NCBI GenBank assembly: GCA_964016885.1
Contig: OZ024741.1
Coordinates: 174,592,001-174,656,000, forward strand
DNA from: Eledone cirrhosa
Lineage: Eukaryota
Direction: 5' to 3'
DNA: 64,000 bases
Shown: positions 11,865 to 26,064 of the stretch, piece after piece
How the letters are laid out: every line of letters starts with the position of its first letter
How positions within the stretch are numbered: position 1 is the first letter of the stretch
Position numbers and translations under genes: made by a program
The notes under the pieces: model-generated
The model's input: the letters and a program-made list of their open reading frames with translations, nothing else
What the model was told of the DNA's origin: nothing
Database searches by the model: none

Positions 11865-13128
11865 TTAAAGTTAACTTGTCTAAGACTAAAGTTCTAGTAT
11901 GTAGAAAGGAAAATAGGGTACAGGTACCCTCTGGAAAATGGCCATGCTCAGTGTGTAGGAAAGGAGTAGGCAGAAATTCCATATTATGTCCCAAATGCAA
12001 ACTATGGGTACATAAAAGATGTGGGATCACAGGTAAGCTATCTAAGAACGTAGATTTTATATGTGGCTGATGCTCAAGTGCAATAAGTAGCAAGTGCCCA
12101 CAGGGTACTAGCTCCTTTTATTGCCCAGATGGTTCTATAGAAATAGTGGGCACCTTCCATTACCTAGGTGACAAAATCAGCAGTGGTGGAGGGTGCTCTG
12201 AAAGTACAGTAGCCAGAGTCAGAACTGGATGGAAAAAGTTCAGAGAGCTTATACCACTATTGACCACTAAAGGTTTCTCTCTAAAAATGAAAGGCAGATT
12301 GTATGATGCCTGTATACGAACAGCAATGTTACATGGCAGTGAGACATGGGCATTGTGTGCAGAGGATCTGCACAGACTGGAGAGGAATGAAGCATCCATG
12401 CTCTGTTGGATGTGTAATAGTAATATATGCGAACGGTAAAGCATAAATGAACTAAGTAAGAAATTAGGAATAAGAGGAATCAGATGCTGTTTACTCGAAA
12501 GAAGACTGCGTTGGTATGGTCACGTGATGCACATGAAAGAGGACAGTTGTATAAAAAAGTGCAGGGCGATCAAAATTGATGGAAGTTACGGAGTAGGTAG
12601 ACCCAGAAAAACCTGGGACAATTTGATAAATTCCGACCTCACACACTTACACCTCTCTAAGACAATGTCACTGGACCGAGTCCTTTGGTGCTACGCAGTA
12701 ATACAGAGGACCCGCCTTTCCTGTGTACAAAGCGAAACCTACAGTCAGTAGGCACCTCCTAACCAAATATATGCCCCATCCCACTACTCCAACTCCACCC
12801 CACTCCCACCAACACCACCCTTTCTCTGTAAAGTTATGTTGGTACAACAGCATCCAGTCCAAAAGAAATGAGGTTGTGTAGGTGTCACAACAAAAAAACA
12901 CACACTCCACGCTGTAATGTGGCCGTGTAGGTAACATGGTAAAAACCTCCCAGTTCCACACTGTAAACGTGGTTGGTGTTAGGAAGGGTATCCAGCCATA
13001 GAAAACCTGCCAGACAGCCTTATACGAGCGAGACATGGTCACCCGACCAATCTTGCCTCAAGTAGGACAAATTCCCGTCTAAACCCATGCTAGCATGGAA
13101 GATAGACATTAAACGTTGATGATGATGA

Positions 13129-13131
<3 letters not shown>
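11865..13131 (+). mobile_element. RTE-clade LINE, 5'-truncated, with in-frame stops
   Basis: KVNLSKTK, Cys/His finger, FHYLG, MLHGSETW, RLRWYGH and GRPRKTW, then a 3' UTR ending in ccatgctagcatgg and (GAT)n; flanked by (TA)n; paralog of 52082-53714. Confidence 0.93.
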
Positions 13132-13174
<43 letters not shown>

Positions 13175-13864
13175 TGCAACTCGATTTTGAGTAATGTCGT
13201 CGCTTGATACTTTAGTAAAAGCATCACAGATGTGGCTTTGACTTGCCTATGGCCAGCAATACCATACATTGCAAAAAAGGTCACATATCAAGCAATGCCT
13301 GTGCTTGAAGTCTTATGTGAGGAGAGGCTGTTTTGCACAGTGCCAATCCCACTCTCTGAACATCAAATGCATTTGCCCAATTATAAGAACTGATCTACAT
13401 CATTGGATGCAAACGAAGTGTGATCAGAGTGACCTTCCCCTAGAGAAATGTCTAAATAAAAACTAGAAGTCTCTCGCTCCTATATATATGTATATATGTC
13501 TTTGTATGTAAGTATTTATGCATATATATATATATATATATTTATATATTTATTTATACACACATGTATGTATACATATATACATGTGTTCCGCCTAGTC
13601 AGGACAGGATTTATAACCATCTAAGAACTCTATGTAGTATTGATGTGAATATTCAATCAAAGCTGAGTGTTGTTGAAAGATGATATCCTCATATATGTCG
13701 CTGAATATTCAAAACTACCTGATGTTAAACAATGAAAGAACAAGAAAAACAAAATAAGGTAGTTTTTCATATATTTCACTGTTTAACAATGTTAGCTTAA
13801 AGTAAACTAACATACATTCAAGAATTCAAAATTTACTCAATGCTTCGTGAATACAATTAATTCA

Positions 13865-13903
<39 letters not shown>

Positions 13904-14157
13904 TGTGTATATATGTGTGTGTGTGTGTATTTATATATATATATACACATGTGTATATATATATATATGTGTGTATTTATGTATGTATATGTGTTGAGTT
14001 GCGACTTGCAGATAGTATCAGCAATGGAAAGACCAATGGAGCCATTGTTTCCTTGGTCCGATCTGACAATCAGTTCCTTTCCTTTTTATATATATATCAT
14101 TACCATCATCCCTATTTAATGTCTGTTTTCTCTGCTAGCAAAGATACATATATATAT

Positions 14158-14471
14158 ATATTAAATTCAAATATTAATAAAATAGATGTTCTTGTGATCA
14201 ATTAAATTTTATTATACATATTTCAGAGGTACTTGAATCAAGTTCAATAGTACGTCCTCATCAGATAAAATAAAATACCCTGACATGTTAAATGGTTAAG
14301 ATTTAATAAATTAAATCTTAACCATTTAACATGTCAAGGTATGTCATGTATCATTTTATTTTATCTGATGAGGACGTACTATTGAACTTGATTCAAGTAC
14401 CTCTGAAATATGTATAATAAAATTTAATTGATCACAAGAACATCTATTTTATTAATATTTGAATTTAATAT
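14158..14471. repeat. Near-perfect ~314-bp palindrome (fold-back duplication)
   Basis: Arms are reverse complements around a 2-nt centre (14308-14309), with one mismatch and a ~10-nt indel near 14336-14352. Confidence 0.95.
14358..14423 (+). ncRNA. Type I hammerhead ribozyme motif (mirror copy on minus strand at 14206-14271)
   Basis: ATTTTAT-CTGATGA-[GGA C GTAC TA TTGAA cttga TTCAA GTAC C TCT]-GAAA-TATGTA-TA-ATAAAAT: 7-bp stem I, long stem II, quasi-palindromic stem III, predicted AUA cleavage after 14416. Confidence 0.7.
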
Positions 14472-14564
14472 TAATAACTCTGGAAAATATGTCACTGTTG
14501 AGTGCTTTCAATCTACTGTAAAACTCATTCTTTGATGTACTCATTGAATCTTGTTTAACTCTCT

Positions 14565-14657
<93 letters not shown>

Positions 14658-16668
14658 TCACACATACACACTATATATGTTTGTGTATAAGTTGCACCTT
14701 TTTCCATGAAAAACATAAAAAACCCACCATGCGACTTAACTACTGATGTGACTTATACATACATGTATTGTAAACTGTGTGTGTTTGTGTGAATGTATGT
14801 ATGTATTCTTATCATAAGAATACAGAGAAATGTATGAGAATATTGTTATTTTGAACATTGCATGGTGGTGTGATGGAGGGGTGATAGGAAAGAATAATTT
14901 GTAAATAAATTATTCGGTTTTCCTCATACCTGCAGAGAAAACCATAGGGAGGAGACTAATATTTGCATTCACAGGAGTGGTAGTGGTGGTGTTAGTAATA
15001 GTAGTAGTAGTAGTGGTGGGGGTGGTGGTGACACAAATATTAGAGACCAAAAGTAGATATTTTACAGCTTTTGTGCTTTGTGTTTAGCATAATAGACAGG
15101 GGGAGAAAGATGAGTGGGCAGAGAGAAAGAGATGTGTATATATATATATGAGAGAGAGAGAGAGACAGACGGAGGAGGGAGCTAGAGGTAGATAGATGAG
15201 GTGGAGTGAGGAGAGAAAGGGAGAGAAGATGCAGTGATGAATCTCTAAATTCTAGTCACCATTTTGGCTGTATACATTCCTCTTCTCTTTTACTGGTGTC
15301 AGCCAGTAAGTTGTGGCCATACTGGAACATCAATATATTTAGGATGATGAGATTAATGAAAATGAAAATATGAGTTAAATAGTAATATTGCTTTGTTTAG
15401 GTTGTTTAGTTCCTTACTGCATAATTATTTGTGGTTAGGCCCTTAATACTCCCTTGCATTAAATGTGTTAACACTAAATTAATCATTTTTATTCCAAACT
15501 GCATGAAACTACCCTTAGTTCTACAATAAAAATAATGGTTTATTTTATCTAGAAAACCTTCCTTCATAATTTTATGTAGTATGGTATGTTCCATTTACTA
15601 CCTTAATTACAAGAAAGTTAGTTATATTGATAAATCCCTCCAAATTCTTGATTATTTTTAAAATGATTTGAAAATTATGGGTATTAGAAAGTTGGTAACT
15701 ATAGGGTATTTTTGGTTAGACAGAAACTGTTTAGAAGCCTGTTTGATGGAATATACCTTTAATTCAAATTTGTAGCCTCATACAATGTGTTGCTCTGAGT
15801 TTCCCTGAGAATTATGTTATGGATACATGTGTCTATGGAATACTCGACCACTTATATGTTAATTTAATAAGGAAGCCCTCCTAGTGATTGTCTAACTGGA
15901 ATACACATTGTCGAAACTGACTGAGGTCCATTTATTAACTTAACTAAAAAGCATATAAATTTATCTCCCCCTCCCCATACTTTGCTACAATAAATTAAGA
16001 AAATATAGTTAAACTTTCCATCATAACTTCATGTAAAAATCCTTCAGTTAACTTCCAAACACCAGCTCAACGCTTTTGATATTAACTCTGGAAAAATCAA
16101 TCTCTGTTTCTAGGAAACAAAATCAGCCATTTTAAAAGGTTCTTATTTAAATTAGAAGCTTCAGCATAATTTTGTATAAGAACCATAGTTTAGTAATAAG
16201 AATATAATTTTACATAAGAACCATATGTTGAGTTACTATTTTAGTAATGACATTAATAATAATTTTAGTAAATTCCTCAAACTTTTTCATTAATTAATTA
16301 AAACAGAGTGTATTTTATTAATAATCAGGAAGTTAGTTATATGACTATATCCCTCTAAATTGTTGATTATTTTCAACATTATTTGAAAATCATATGTATT
16401 AAAAATATACTAAAGAAACAGTTGGGCTTACATTAGTAATAGAAATAATATTGTGCTAAATTCAGTGCAGGACTGTCTAATGATATGTGTGTGTGGTCTC
16501 AATTGTCTGGTGTTTTGCATAGTATGTATTGAAAATGTTTCTTTTTTTTCTTACTTAGTTTTCAACATTTTTTGAATATGTAAATTGTAATTTTATTTTA
16601 TTGTTATTTTTTCTCTCTCTCTTTCACTCTGAGATTTACTGTTTGGTTTCCAAACATTTTTCCTGCAG

Positions 16669-16729
16669 ACATTAATTATAATCGGATTAATTAAAAACTC
16701 AACACCAACGGCATCGATCGCTCAACTAT
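16669..16729 (+). other. Candidate 61-nt internal exon of an unidentified host transcript
   Basis: Long pyrimidine tract and tttttcctgcAG acceptor; GTGAGT donor; apparently unique sequence that retains CpGs; one open frame (TLIIIGLIKNSTPTASIAQL). Confidence 0.35.
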
Positions 16730-17889
16730 GTGAGTGGGCTTGAAAAGGTCATGAGCACCAAAAAAATATCAAGTTAAAACTCTCCGTTCATGCTGCAAAC
16801 AGCCATTGCTGTAGTTTATATTGTGGGCTCATTTAATAAAACAGCACAGCAACATATTGGCAGAGTTATTAAAGCATCTCATTAAATGCGGCAAACAAAC
16901 ATTGCTATAGTTTGTATAGAGGACTCATTTATTAAAAACAACACAACATATTGGCCGAGTCATTAAAGCATTTGATTAAATGCCTCCAAATATTTGTTCT
17001 GTTCCTCTGTGTTCTGAGTTAAAATCTTGCTGAAGTCAATCAAGGGCAGTCGGTTGGGGAATTGTTAAAGTATTAGATGGGGTGCATTGCAGTATTTCAT
17101 GATGGAACACGGGTCCCTATCATTAAAACACTCAAGAAACCTCTGAGATACAACTTCATAGGAGTATTTCTTTCAGACTTTTGCATTGTGAGTGTACAGG
17201 GTGTGTTTATCTTGTAGATCATGAGACAAGGGAGGTTGCAATGTCTATAGCTCAACTGAAAAGTTTTCCTGACCCTGTTTGGCAAGTTTTCTATGGCTGG
17301 ACACTCCCCTTGCTAACAGGAAAAGTGGACATTAAAACAACGATGATGATCATGATGATGTATGTCTGTCTCTTCACTTCTTTTTACATTTGGCTTTGCA
17401 GGTGGTGATATTTGTTTATGTTCCTTGTAAACAGAGATCCCACAACTCAGCAGTTTGACATGTGTAGGTTCTGCCTGTGCTTTACTAAAGAAAACAAAGA
17501 AAAAATAACAAGGATTGGTATTAGGAAGAGCATCTGGACATAGAACAAGTTGCTTAAAAAAAGTCATATCCAAACTATGCCAGCATAGAAAAAAATCTTT
17601 GTAAAACTAATGAAAGTAATGATCATAATCGTGATGAAATATATTGACTTTATAGTGGAATGTTAGTGAGAGTGTGACAGGGAAGGCATCAAGCTGTAAC
17701 ATTAATTACCAATTGCTGCTTACAACAAATAAACAAACAATTCATAAATAATTGTTTCTACTATTGGCACAAGGCCAGCAATAACCCAGTACATTACTGG
17801 TACTTTATTTTATCAACCCCGTAAGGATGAAAGGCAAAGTTAACCTCGGCGAGATTTGAACTCATAAATAATAACAGATGACAAAACAC

Positions 17890-18200
17890 ATCATCATCTA
17901 TACCAGCAGAACTATATACATCACTATATACACAACATCATCTATACTAACAGATATATAACTATATACATCATATACACATCATCATCATCTATACCAA
18001 TAGATATATAATTATATACATCACTATATACACCAGCAGATATATAACTATATACATCACTATATACACCAGCAGATATATAACTATATACACATCACCA
18101 TCATCTACACTAACAGATATATATCTATATACTTTACTATATACACAATGCCATCATCTATATCAGCAGATATATAACTATATACATCACTATATACTTT
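17890..18200. repeat. Minisatellite, ~36-50-bp unit
   Basis: Repeated agcagatatataactatatacatcactatatacac. Confidence 0.85.
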
Positions 18201-18404
18201 GCTGTAAACACAGCTATATACAATACATCATCTACACTGTGTATTGAAAAATAGATGTAAACCTATTTGAAAGAGATAGAAAAGAAGTGACAAAAATGGG
18301 GGAAAAATTTATAAGACAAAATAAACCCCTTCCTGTTTAGTTTTTGTTCACTTCATTCCCATTTTGTCAGTTTTACTACTGCTGCTACTACTACTACCAC
18401 CACC

Positions 18405-18438
<34 letters not shown>

Positions 18439-18840
18439 TTGATGCTACTTATGCATTGCTTTCTTTATCATTTTTTTTTTTTGTTATGTTTGTATATCCA
18501 AGTAACTTATGTATTTTTGTTGTTGTTACTCCCTACATGCTAGGGGCCTTAATAGATAAGGGTTAAAGGTTGGTGTTAGGGTTATCAGAAAGAGGTTTTG
18601 TTGATTTTTGTGTTCATTTTTCTATTTTCCTTTATTTATTTATGTATTTATATGTTTTTCCCTCATAATATTTAAAAGTGAGAATTGTTTTCACCCAAAT
18701 GTTTCACCTAGAAATATATCAATATTTCTTTTCTGAAAGACACACACACACTCACACCACACACACACACACACACCATCATCATTTAATAACTGTATTT
18801 TCCATGCTGGCATAGTTTGGACAATATATATGATTTTTTC

Positions 18841-19265
18841 CTTTAAAATGAAAGGTAGATTGTATGATGCTTGTGTATAAACAGCAATGCTGCATGAAAG
18901 TGAGACATGGGCACTGTGTGCACAGGACCCACGAAGATTGGAAAGAAATGAAATTTGCATGCTCCGATGGATGTATAGTAGTAGCGTACATGAACAGCAA
19001 AGCATCAATGAACTGAGAGAGAAACTGGGCATAAGAGGGTCAAATGCAGTGTGCAGGAGAGGAGATTGCGGTGGTATAGACATATGGTGTGTATGGAGAA
19101 CAACAGCTGTATAAAAAAGCACAGGACACTCAAAGTTGATGAAAGCTAAAGAAATAAAAGCTAATCTTGCCCAATTAAACCTCACAAAAGAGATGACACA
19201 GGATCAAGATATCTGACGTTATGCTGTACTGCAGAAGACACACATTCCCGTGTGCACAGAATGAA
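18841..19265 (+). mobile_element. Decayed RTE fragment
   Basis: MKGRLYDAC...MLHESETWALCAQDPRRLERNE, homologous to the long RTE copies. Confidence 0.85.
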
Positions 19266-19793
19266 GCAAATATGTAGAAGACGCTAGTCTGCACCAATCG
19301 TCTGTTCTTTACTCTGTCCCAATCTTAATGCCTCCCATATCCCATCACCAGCTAAATAACCCACTTACCTCTCCTATGTCAAACCTGTGTGCTTGCTTCA
19401 CCTACCGGCCCCCACTCTTTGCCTTTGATACACCTTTCCTACCAAACTATGCCAAAAAAAATAAAATAACACAAATTCTACCCCAGTCTATCATGCCTCT
19501 AACGCACTCGTGTTGGTGGCATAAAAAAGCACCCAGTAAGGTGGTTGTGCAGGTAGCATGACAGAAAATTATTCAATCCACCTTATTAGATAGTCATTTT
19601 GATGCCATAATAAAAGCACCTAGTTGGCATTAGAAAAAGCATCCAGCCGTAGAAACTAAGCCAAAATAGAGATCTGTGTGAGCAAGACATGCTCACCTGA
19701 TCTGAATTGTCTCATAATGTGACACCCCATCTAACTCATGCAAGTGTGGAAAAATAGACTAAACAGTGAGAACAATGAGGATATATATATGTG

Positions 19794-20323
19794 GAGCTGC
19801 TTCGTCTGTTGACAATGAAGGGTTTCTCCCTATGAACGAAAGGTCGGTTATATGTTGCTTGTGTGAGATGCGCGATGCTGCATGGTAGTGAGACATGGTC
19901 AGCAACTGCGGAGGATATGCGACGGCTGGAGAGAAATGAAGCAAGCATGCTCCGATGAATGTGCAATGTCAATGTGCGTGAACGACCAAGCATAGATGAG
20001 TTGAGAGTGAAACTGTGTATAAGAGGGATAAGTTGTAGTGTGCAGGAGAGAAAACTGCGTTGGTATGGCCATTTGATGCACATGAAAAATGGCCGCTGGG
20101 TGAAGAAGTGCCAAGAAATCCCAGTGGAAGGAAGACGCAGTAGAGGAAGACCACAAAAATCATAGGCAGAGGTGGTGAGAGCTGACCTCAGATCACTGAA
20201 GCTCACAGAGGAGATGACGAAGGACCATGACGAATGGAGAGATGCTGTGCTGAAAATGACCCATCCCACCCTTGCAAGCAAGGAAAAGCAGATGTAAAAT
20301 GCTGCTGATGATGATGATGATGA

Positions 20324-20328
<5 letters not shown>
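19794..20328 (+). mobile_element. RTE 3' fragment (second subfamily)
   Basis: MLHGSETW, RKLRWYGHLMHM and RGRPQK with a short UTR and (GAT)n tail; related pieces at 47657-47850, 60017-60549, 61990-62277 and 63070-63210. Confidence 0.88.
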
Positions 20329-20359
<31 letters not shown>

Positions 20360-20803
20360 ATAGCAAGAGAAAGAGAGGGGTAGTTGTTTATAGTTCAAAG
20401 GAGTGGACTTATTTCTATTCATCTTGGAATTTTAATTAAACTATTAAACAAAACTGACTGTTTACGGAAATAAATTTGAAATATTGAGATTTATAAATAT
20501 CAGTTTTAAAATGTGTTTTTCTCTTTCGTGCTTATTAGCAGTAATAAAGGGTGAGGGTGGCAAAGCGTGGTAGCTAATTGTGGCTGAGGCAGTAGAGCAA
20601 CAGACTGTGTTTATTACAGAATTCAATTTTGTCAAAGGTAAACAACATCAACATGTATAGTCTAATAAACAACTGGTGGTGCTGATATTGGTAGTGGTAG
20701 TGGTGGTGGATCACATGATAATTCTCTGTTGTCTTATACTAAAAGAAACTAGACTCTCAATCTCTTGACACTGTAAAACTGAAGCTAAAGCAGCACTGCT
20801 TAA

Positions 20804-21024
20804 CCATTTAGCCTTTACATTACTCTATATTTACTATTATATTTTCATGGTAAAGGCTTTACCTCACATAATTATCTCACATGATATCAAATCTATGAGA
20901 TTTTGATGTTATTTGTTTTGAGAACAATACCTTAACATCAGTATGAGTGGCATGTTACAGCCAGTTTGAACAGAAAGAGGTGAGAGAATTCTGCCTGGAT
21001 CTGGCCAGTTTAAATACTAAAGGG
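20804..21024 (-). mobile_element. piggyBac-like MITE copy
   Basis: 221 bp, TTAA on both sides, reverse orientation of 10789-11009. Confidence 0.85.
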
Positions 21025-21639
21025 TTAATTCTTAACATCCTGGAATGATTGCATAGCAAATATCTAAAAATAAATTTAATTTAAATGTTTATAGTATCTT
21101 CACTGGTGAAATTTTGCAGTAAATGATAGTAAAGTCTTTAATTTTTAATTTGATGCAGTCATTGCATTATTTTGTACTTTTCAAAAATGTCTTGCTAGTG
21201 TAGTTTCATGTGGTACAGGACGTTAAGAGTTAAGAGTCCCTTGAGACAATTGGAAGCATTTACACAGGATATTGTAAGTATTGGTGTCAGTTGTGAAAGG
21301 ACAACTTTTAAGGATAAATTTGAACATTATAGAGTTTTATTAAAGAAACCATAGAAGAAATGATTTGAAAAGATAAGATGGCAGCATCAGTGTGTTTAGA
21401 ATCACTCCATAGCCAGACAAGTATGAACAGACTAATGTTCTTAATATGTTAATGATGGCAACAATGTATTGAGTAGTGTTATTAATGGTTGTTTAGTTGA
21501 AGTAACATCATGTGGATGTGTGAGAGGGGGTGGATGGGTGGACATGTGTAGAAATATAGTTAATGAAATCAAACATATTCAATAATAATGATGATGATGA
21601 TGATGATGATTATAATAATAATAATAATAATGCCAATAA

Positions 21640-21775
21640 TAATTGGAGCACAAGCTATGATTAAAAAAAAATACGAACAAAACCATAGAAGCCATACCAG
21701 GGCACACACTGTCCAAAAAATAGCTCTGCTTCGAACATCCCACATCCTGTGGAAGACATTATTGATTAAGTAGCC
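21640..21775 (+). mobile_element. Dong/R4-like non-LTR C-terminal relic next to (TAA)n
   Basis: IIGAQAMIKK...IPG...VQKIALLRTSHILWKTL resembles the QKxxLLGTxxILRKxL ending of R4/Dong ORFs; lies directly after a TAA repeat. Confidence 0.55.
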
Positions 21776-24349
21776 CAGTTCAAATAGAATAATCTTCACA
21801 CACAACACACACCCTATACAATAAATACCTAATAAAATAAAATAAAACAACACAACACACAACATATATTCTCCTAGATTAATACCCATCAAAATAACGC
21901 AACTTACATTACACACGTCACACACAACAGAACAAACACTAAAATAACCTCAAAAGACTACAAAAGAAATACAAAACAAGACCAATGCAGTAGACTAACT
22001 AACAAGAAGAGTCTATACTCCCCAACATCCACAAATACAAGAACACACAATGTTACACGCACCTCAGGAACACAGAAATGCACCAGAAACTCACATGAAA
22101 CTATCAAAGAAATCAAAATAGTAATTTTTTACCAGAAATCAACTCTAGTACTTGAGTGTTACTTAAGTTATTGATCCTAGACGGATAAAAGGCCAAGTTG
22201 ACCTTGGTAGGATTTGAACATAAAAGAGTCGAAACAAATACTGCAAGACAACTTAACACCAGTATTGTCTCAGGCATTGCTGTCAGAATGGAAAGAGATA
22301 GAAATATACATTGCAAGGCATCACATCCAGCACTCTAAAAGCTCCATTAATCAACCACCCTGGACTAGTACTTTATGTATTAACCTCAGAAGAATGTTGA
22401 CCTTGGTGGAATTTGAACTGAAAGTGCAGAAAGCCAGAACAGATACCGCAAGGCATTTCATCTGATGTTTTAACAATTTCATTAACCCACTACCTGAGAC
22501 TAGTATTTTCTGATAAATTACACCTTTCATTACTTTCAGATCAATAAGTCAGTAAATTACTAGTCTAGGGTTTGGCTATGGATTGGTGGAATTGTTAGAT
22601 TCCCTGACAAGATGCATTGCAATATTTTTACAGCTCTTTGTGTTCTGGGTTCAAATTCTGCTGTGGTTGACTTACTCCATCACCGATTTTAATTTTGCCA
22701 CCTGGCCCTTGAGTGTTAGATTTAATTCATCACCCAGTTTAACCTAAAATTATAAAAGCCAAATTTAACCTTAGTGTGATTTGTACTCAGAGAGCATAAA
22801 GAACAAGAACAAATACTTCAAGACATTCTGTCTGATACTCTAACAAATCTGCCAATTCACAGCCATGATATATATATATATATATACATATACATACACA
22901 CACACACATACTAAAATATGAACTTTAGTTCTTAACCCAAGAATATTTACCCTATTACAATTACTGCGACTATCAACTATTTTACACCTAGTGGTGCACT
23001 TTTCGTTGTTGTTGTTGTTGTTGTTGTTGTTTTGGCTATTTCAAGAACAATTTCAGATATTTTGGTATTCTCTGACTCAGTTTCATATTTGTTTATAAAG
23101 AGACTGGATAGCCTGTTTTATTATTATGGGTTGAGAGGGAGGTGCTCTCCTCCAGTAAATTTACCAAAAGCGGGGTGAAAGTAGCGATAATGGTAAAAGT
23201 AAATGAGTCTATTCTTAACACGTGCCTCTAGGGTGGACATTGATAGTTGGGAGAGGGCACTCCCCTTGGTGGTCAGGTTGATTGTAGATCTGTGAGTTTC
23301 CTCAATATAGTTGCTGTCGTCATTATTATTGTTGTTCTTGGCAAGGACAATGGATTGACAGTATCAGTAGAGCATCAAACAAATTGCTTTGCAGTGCTTA
23401 GTCACAACATTCTATATTCTGAGTTCAAATCCTGCCTTGATTAACTTTGCCTTTCAGCCTTCCATGGTTGATAAAATAAAGTATTAGATAAGTACTTTTG
23501 TTGACATAATCGACTTTCCTCTTCCCCTAAATTGCTGGCCTTATGCTAATGCTAGAAAGAATTATTATTGTTCTTGATGTTGTTGTTGTTTGACAGAATT
23601 ATTAGAGCATCTAACAAAATATCAAGCAGTATTTAGTTGCAGCTCTTTACATTCTGAGTTCAAATCCTGCCATGGTCAACTTTGTAGTTCATACTTCCAG
23701 TGATTGATGAAATAAAATAAAGTACCAGTCAAATACTGGGGAAAGATTTAATTGATTTATCACCCAACCCCAAAATGTTGGCCCTATGCTTAAATTAGAA
23801 ATCATTTTCCTCTTCCTCCTCCTCATCATCATCTAAGTCTATCTAAAGTCTGTCTTATGCCAGAAGGCTTGTTTGGCTGGTGCTTATCCTGCTTTCAGGA
23901 CGTGATTCCTTCGCAGGGTTAAACACCCAGATATTGCTGGTATTCATTTTCAGCTGAGTATACTGGAGCAATGTGAAATGAAGCGTTTTGCTCAAGAACA
24001 CAACACACATTGAACCCACGAAATTGCGATCATAAGTTCAGCACCCTTACCACTAAACCTCGCATAATCATGATAAAACTAAATATTTCTTTAGTTTTGT
24101 CTCTAGTTTAGGTTTCAGTTACTATTGTATTTATATTTTGATGTTTCCTTCAGATACTTGTTACCTAGCCAATGATACCTCTGGTTCTATCAAACAAAAC
24201 CACCCATTTTAACCTATACTTATTTGAACTAAACCTTCCAACATAATTTTATATAAAACTTTTTCTTAAGTCAGTGGCTCCAAAAGTGGGTTCCGCAGAA
24301 CTCTGGGGTTCTAAGAAGAAAGGTAGAGGAGTGTATTCATATTATGACC

Positions 24350-24772
24350 ATCTATCTATCTAAGGCGGGTAAAATTCCCGAGATCCATGGACGTGTTCTC
24401 TCCAGCGGTCTCTGTCCCTCATTATCGCTGCCATGTCCTGCATCTCCAACAGACCAGTGTCTGTCCTTAGGGCATCAACATACGTTAACCTTGGTCTTCC
24501 TCTTCTAGTGTGTCCATGTAGGGGCTCCCAAAGGAGTACTGAGTGCAATGTCAACTCTGGATGTCGGTGAGCATGTCCAGCTAACCTCAGTCTCCTCTGT
24601 GTCACTTTTGAGCTGACTTTTGGGATGCTCCCATACAGCTCTGAGTTTTTCATCCTCAGTGTATACTGATTAATGTTCAGAGCCATCCTCAGCATTCTCG
24701 TGTAGCACCCATCCACCATCTGAGTGAGTTTCTTGGTCAGTGTCCAAGTCTCAGACCCATACAGCATTATGA
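24350..24772 (-). mobile_element. RTE 3' fragment, distinct lineage with (GATA)n tail
   Basis: MLYGSETWTLT...YTRMLRMALNI...RRLRLAGH...RRGRP...RDRWR; the stop runs directly into the GATA repeat. Confidence 0.88.
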
Positions 24773-25419
24773 CCATATAGCAGTATTAGAATAAAGTTAT
24801 GCTACATATACTACGTTAATAATGAAATGATTGATAATTTTAGTAAACCCTTCCAAATTCTTTATTAATTAATTGAAATACAGTGTATTTCATTAGAAAT
24901 ATGGTAATAAAAGGGTTAAGTGAAAATTAAGAAATATAAATTTTAGTTAATGTAGCACTAGTAGTAGTAGCAGCAGCAGCAGTTAAAGTCAGTCAGATAA
25001 CAGATATATCAGCTGTGTTCTGAGTTCTTGAAAATAGGAAATAAATAAAAGATGCAGAAAATCTTGTCTATGTTTGTATGTATTTATGTATGTGTGTGTC
25101 TGTATGTATGCTTGTGTGTATATATATATATATATGTATGCATGTACATGTGTGTGTATGGATGTATATATATGTATGTATTTGTGTGTAAATGTATGTG
25201 AAAATGAAAGAACAAATCCTCCCCCCCCCCTCCATAAGATTGTTTATGTGTCGATTGCTTTTGTTTTATTTTCTTGTCTATTTTTTTTTCTGCCTTATTG
25301 TATATATTCCGAGACAGTTTTCACCATATAGGTCATTACACTTTCTTACTACTGTTGTTGTTGTAATGTAAATGCCACCAGACATTGTAAGTGACTCATA
25401 AGAGCCAAAGTTCTCTCTT

Positions 25420-25505
<86 letters not shown>

Positions 25506-26064
25506 CCTCCCCCCCTCCCTCTTTCTCCCCCCCCCTCTCTCTCTCTCTTTCATAGCATTAAGTGTTTTGAGACCTTACCTCCCAGAGAGAATGCCAATCT
25601 ATCTCAGGTAACAGTTCCAGAATTAAATATGAAGATCTCTTACTTATTTCCAACAGCTGGCTCTACTTTACTGAGTCACTTACACAACAGAATTAAGTTA
25701 ATGACTGAAATACCTTGACAAAATAAGTTGCTATTGGATTTGAACTTGAGTCCTATTAGCCGCTTGTTCAATACCAATCACATTCTTTCAGATAAACTTC
25801 ACATTTCATTCCTTTGGAATCAAGTAAATAAAGTACCAGCCTAGGGTTTGGCTGTGGCTTGGGAGAATTGTTAGAGTGCTGGACAAGATGCCTTGTAGTA
25901 TTTTTACAGCTCTTTGTGTTCTAAGTTCAAAGTCTGCTGTGGCTTACTCAGGTGGTTAACTTACTCCATTGCTAATTTTAACACTGCCACCTGGTCTTTG
26001 GGTGGAAGACTTAATCTGTTACCTAGTTTAACACCAAAATCAGGTCCTTGGGTGGTAAGCTTAA

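Noticed and set aside
13634-13720. tTGATGT-gaatattca...tgaatattc-AAAA hammerhead-like layout
   Set aside because: Three core mismatches, and gaatattc is self-complementary so the stem may be a chance direct repeat.
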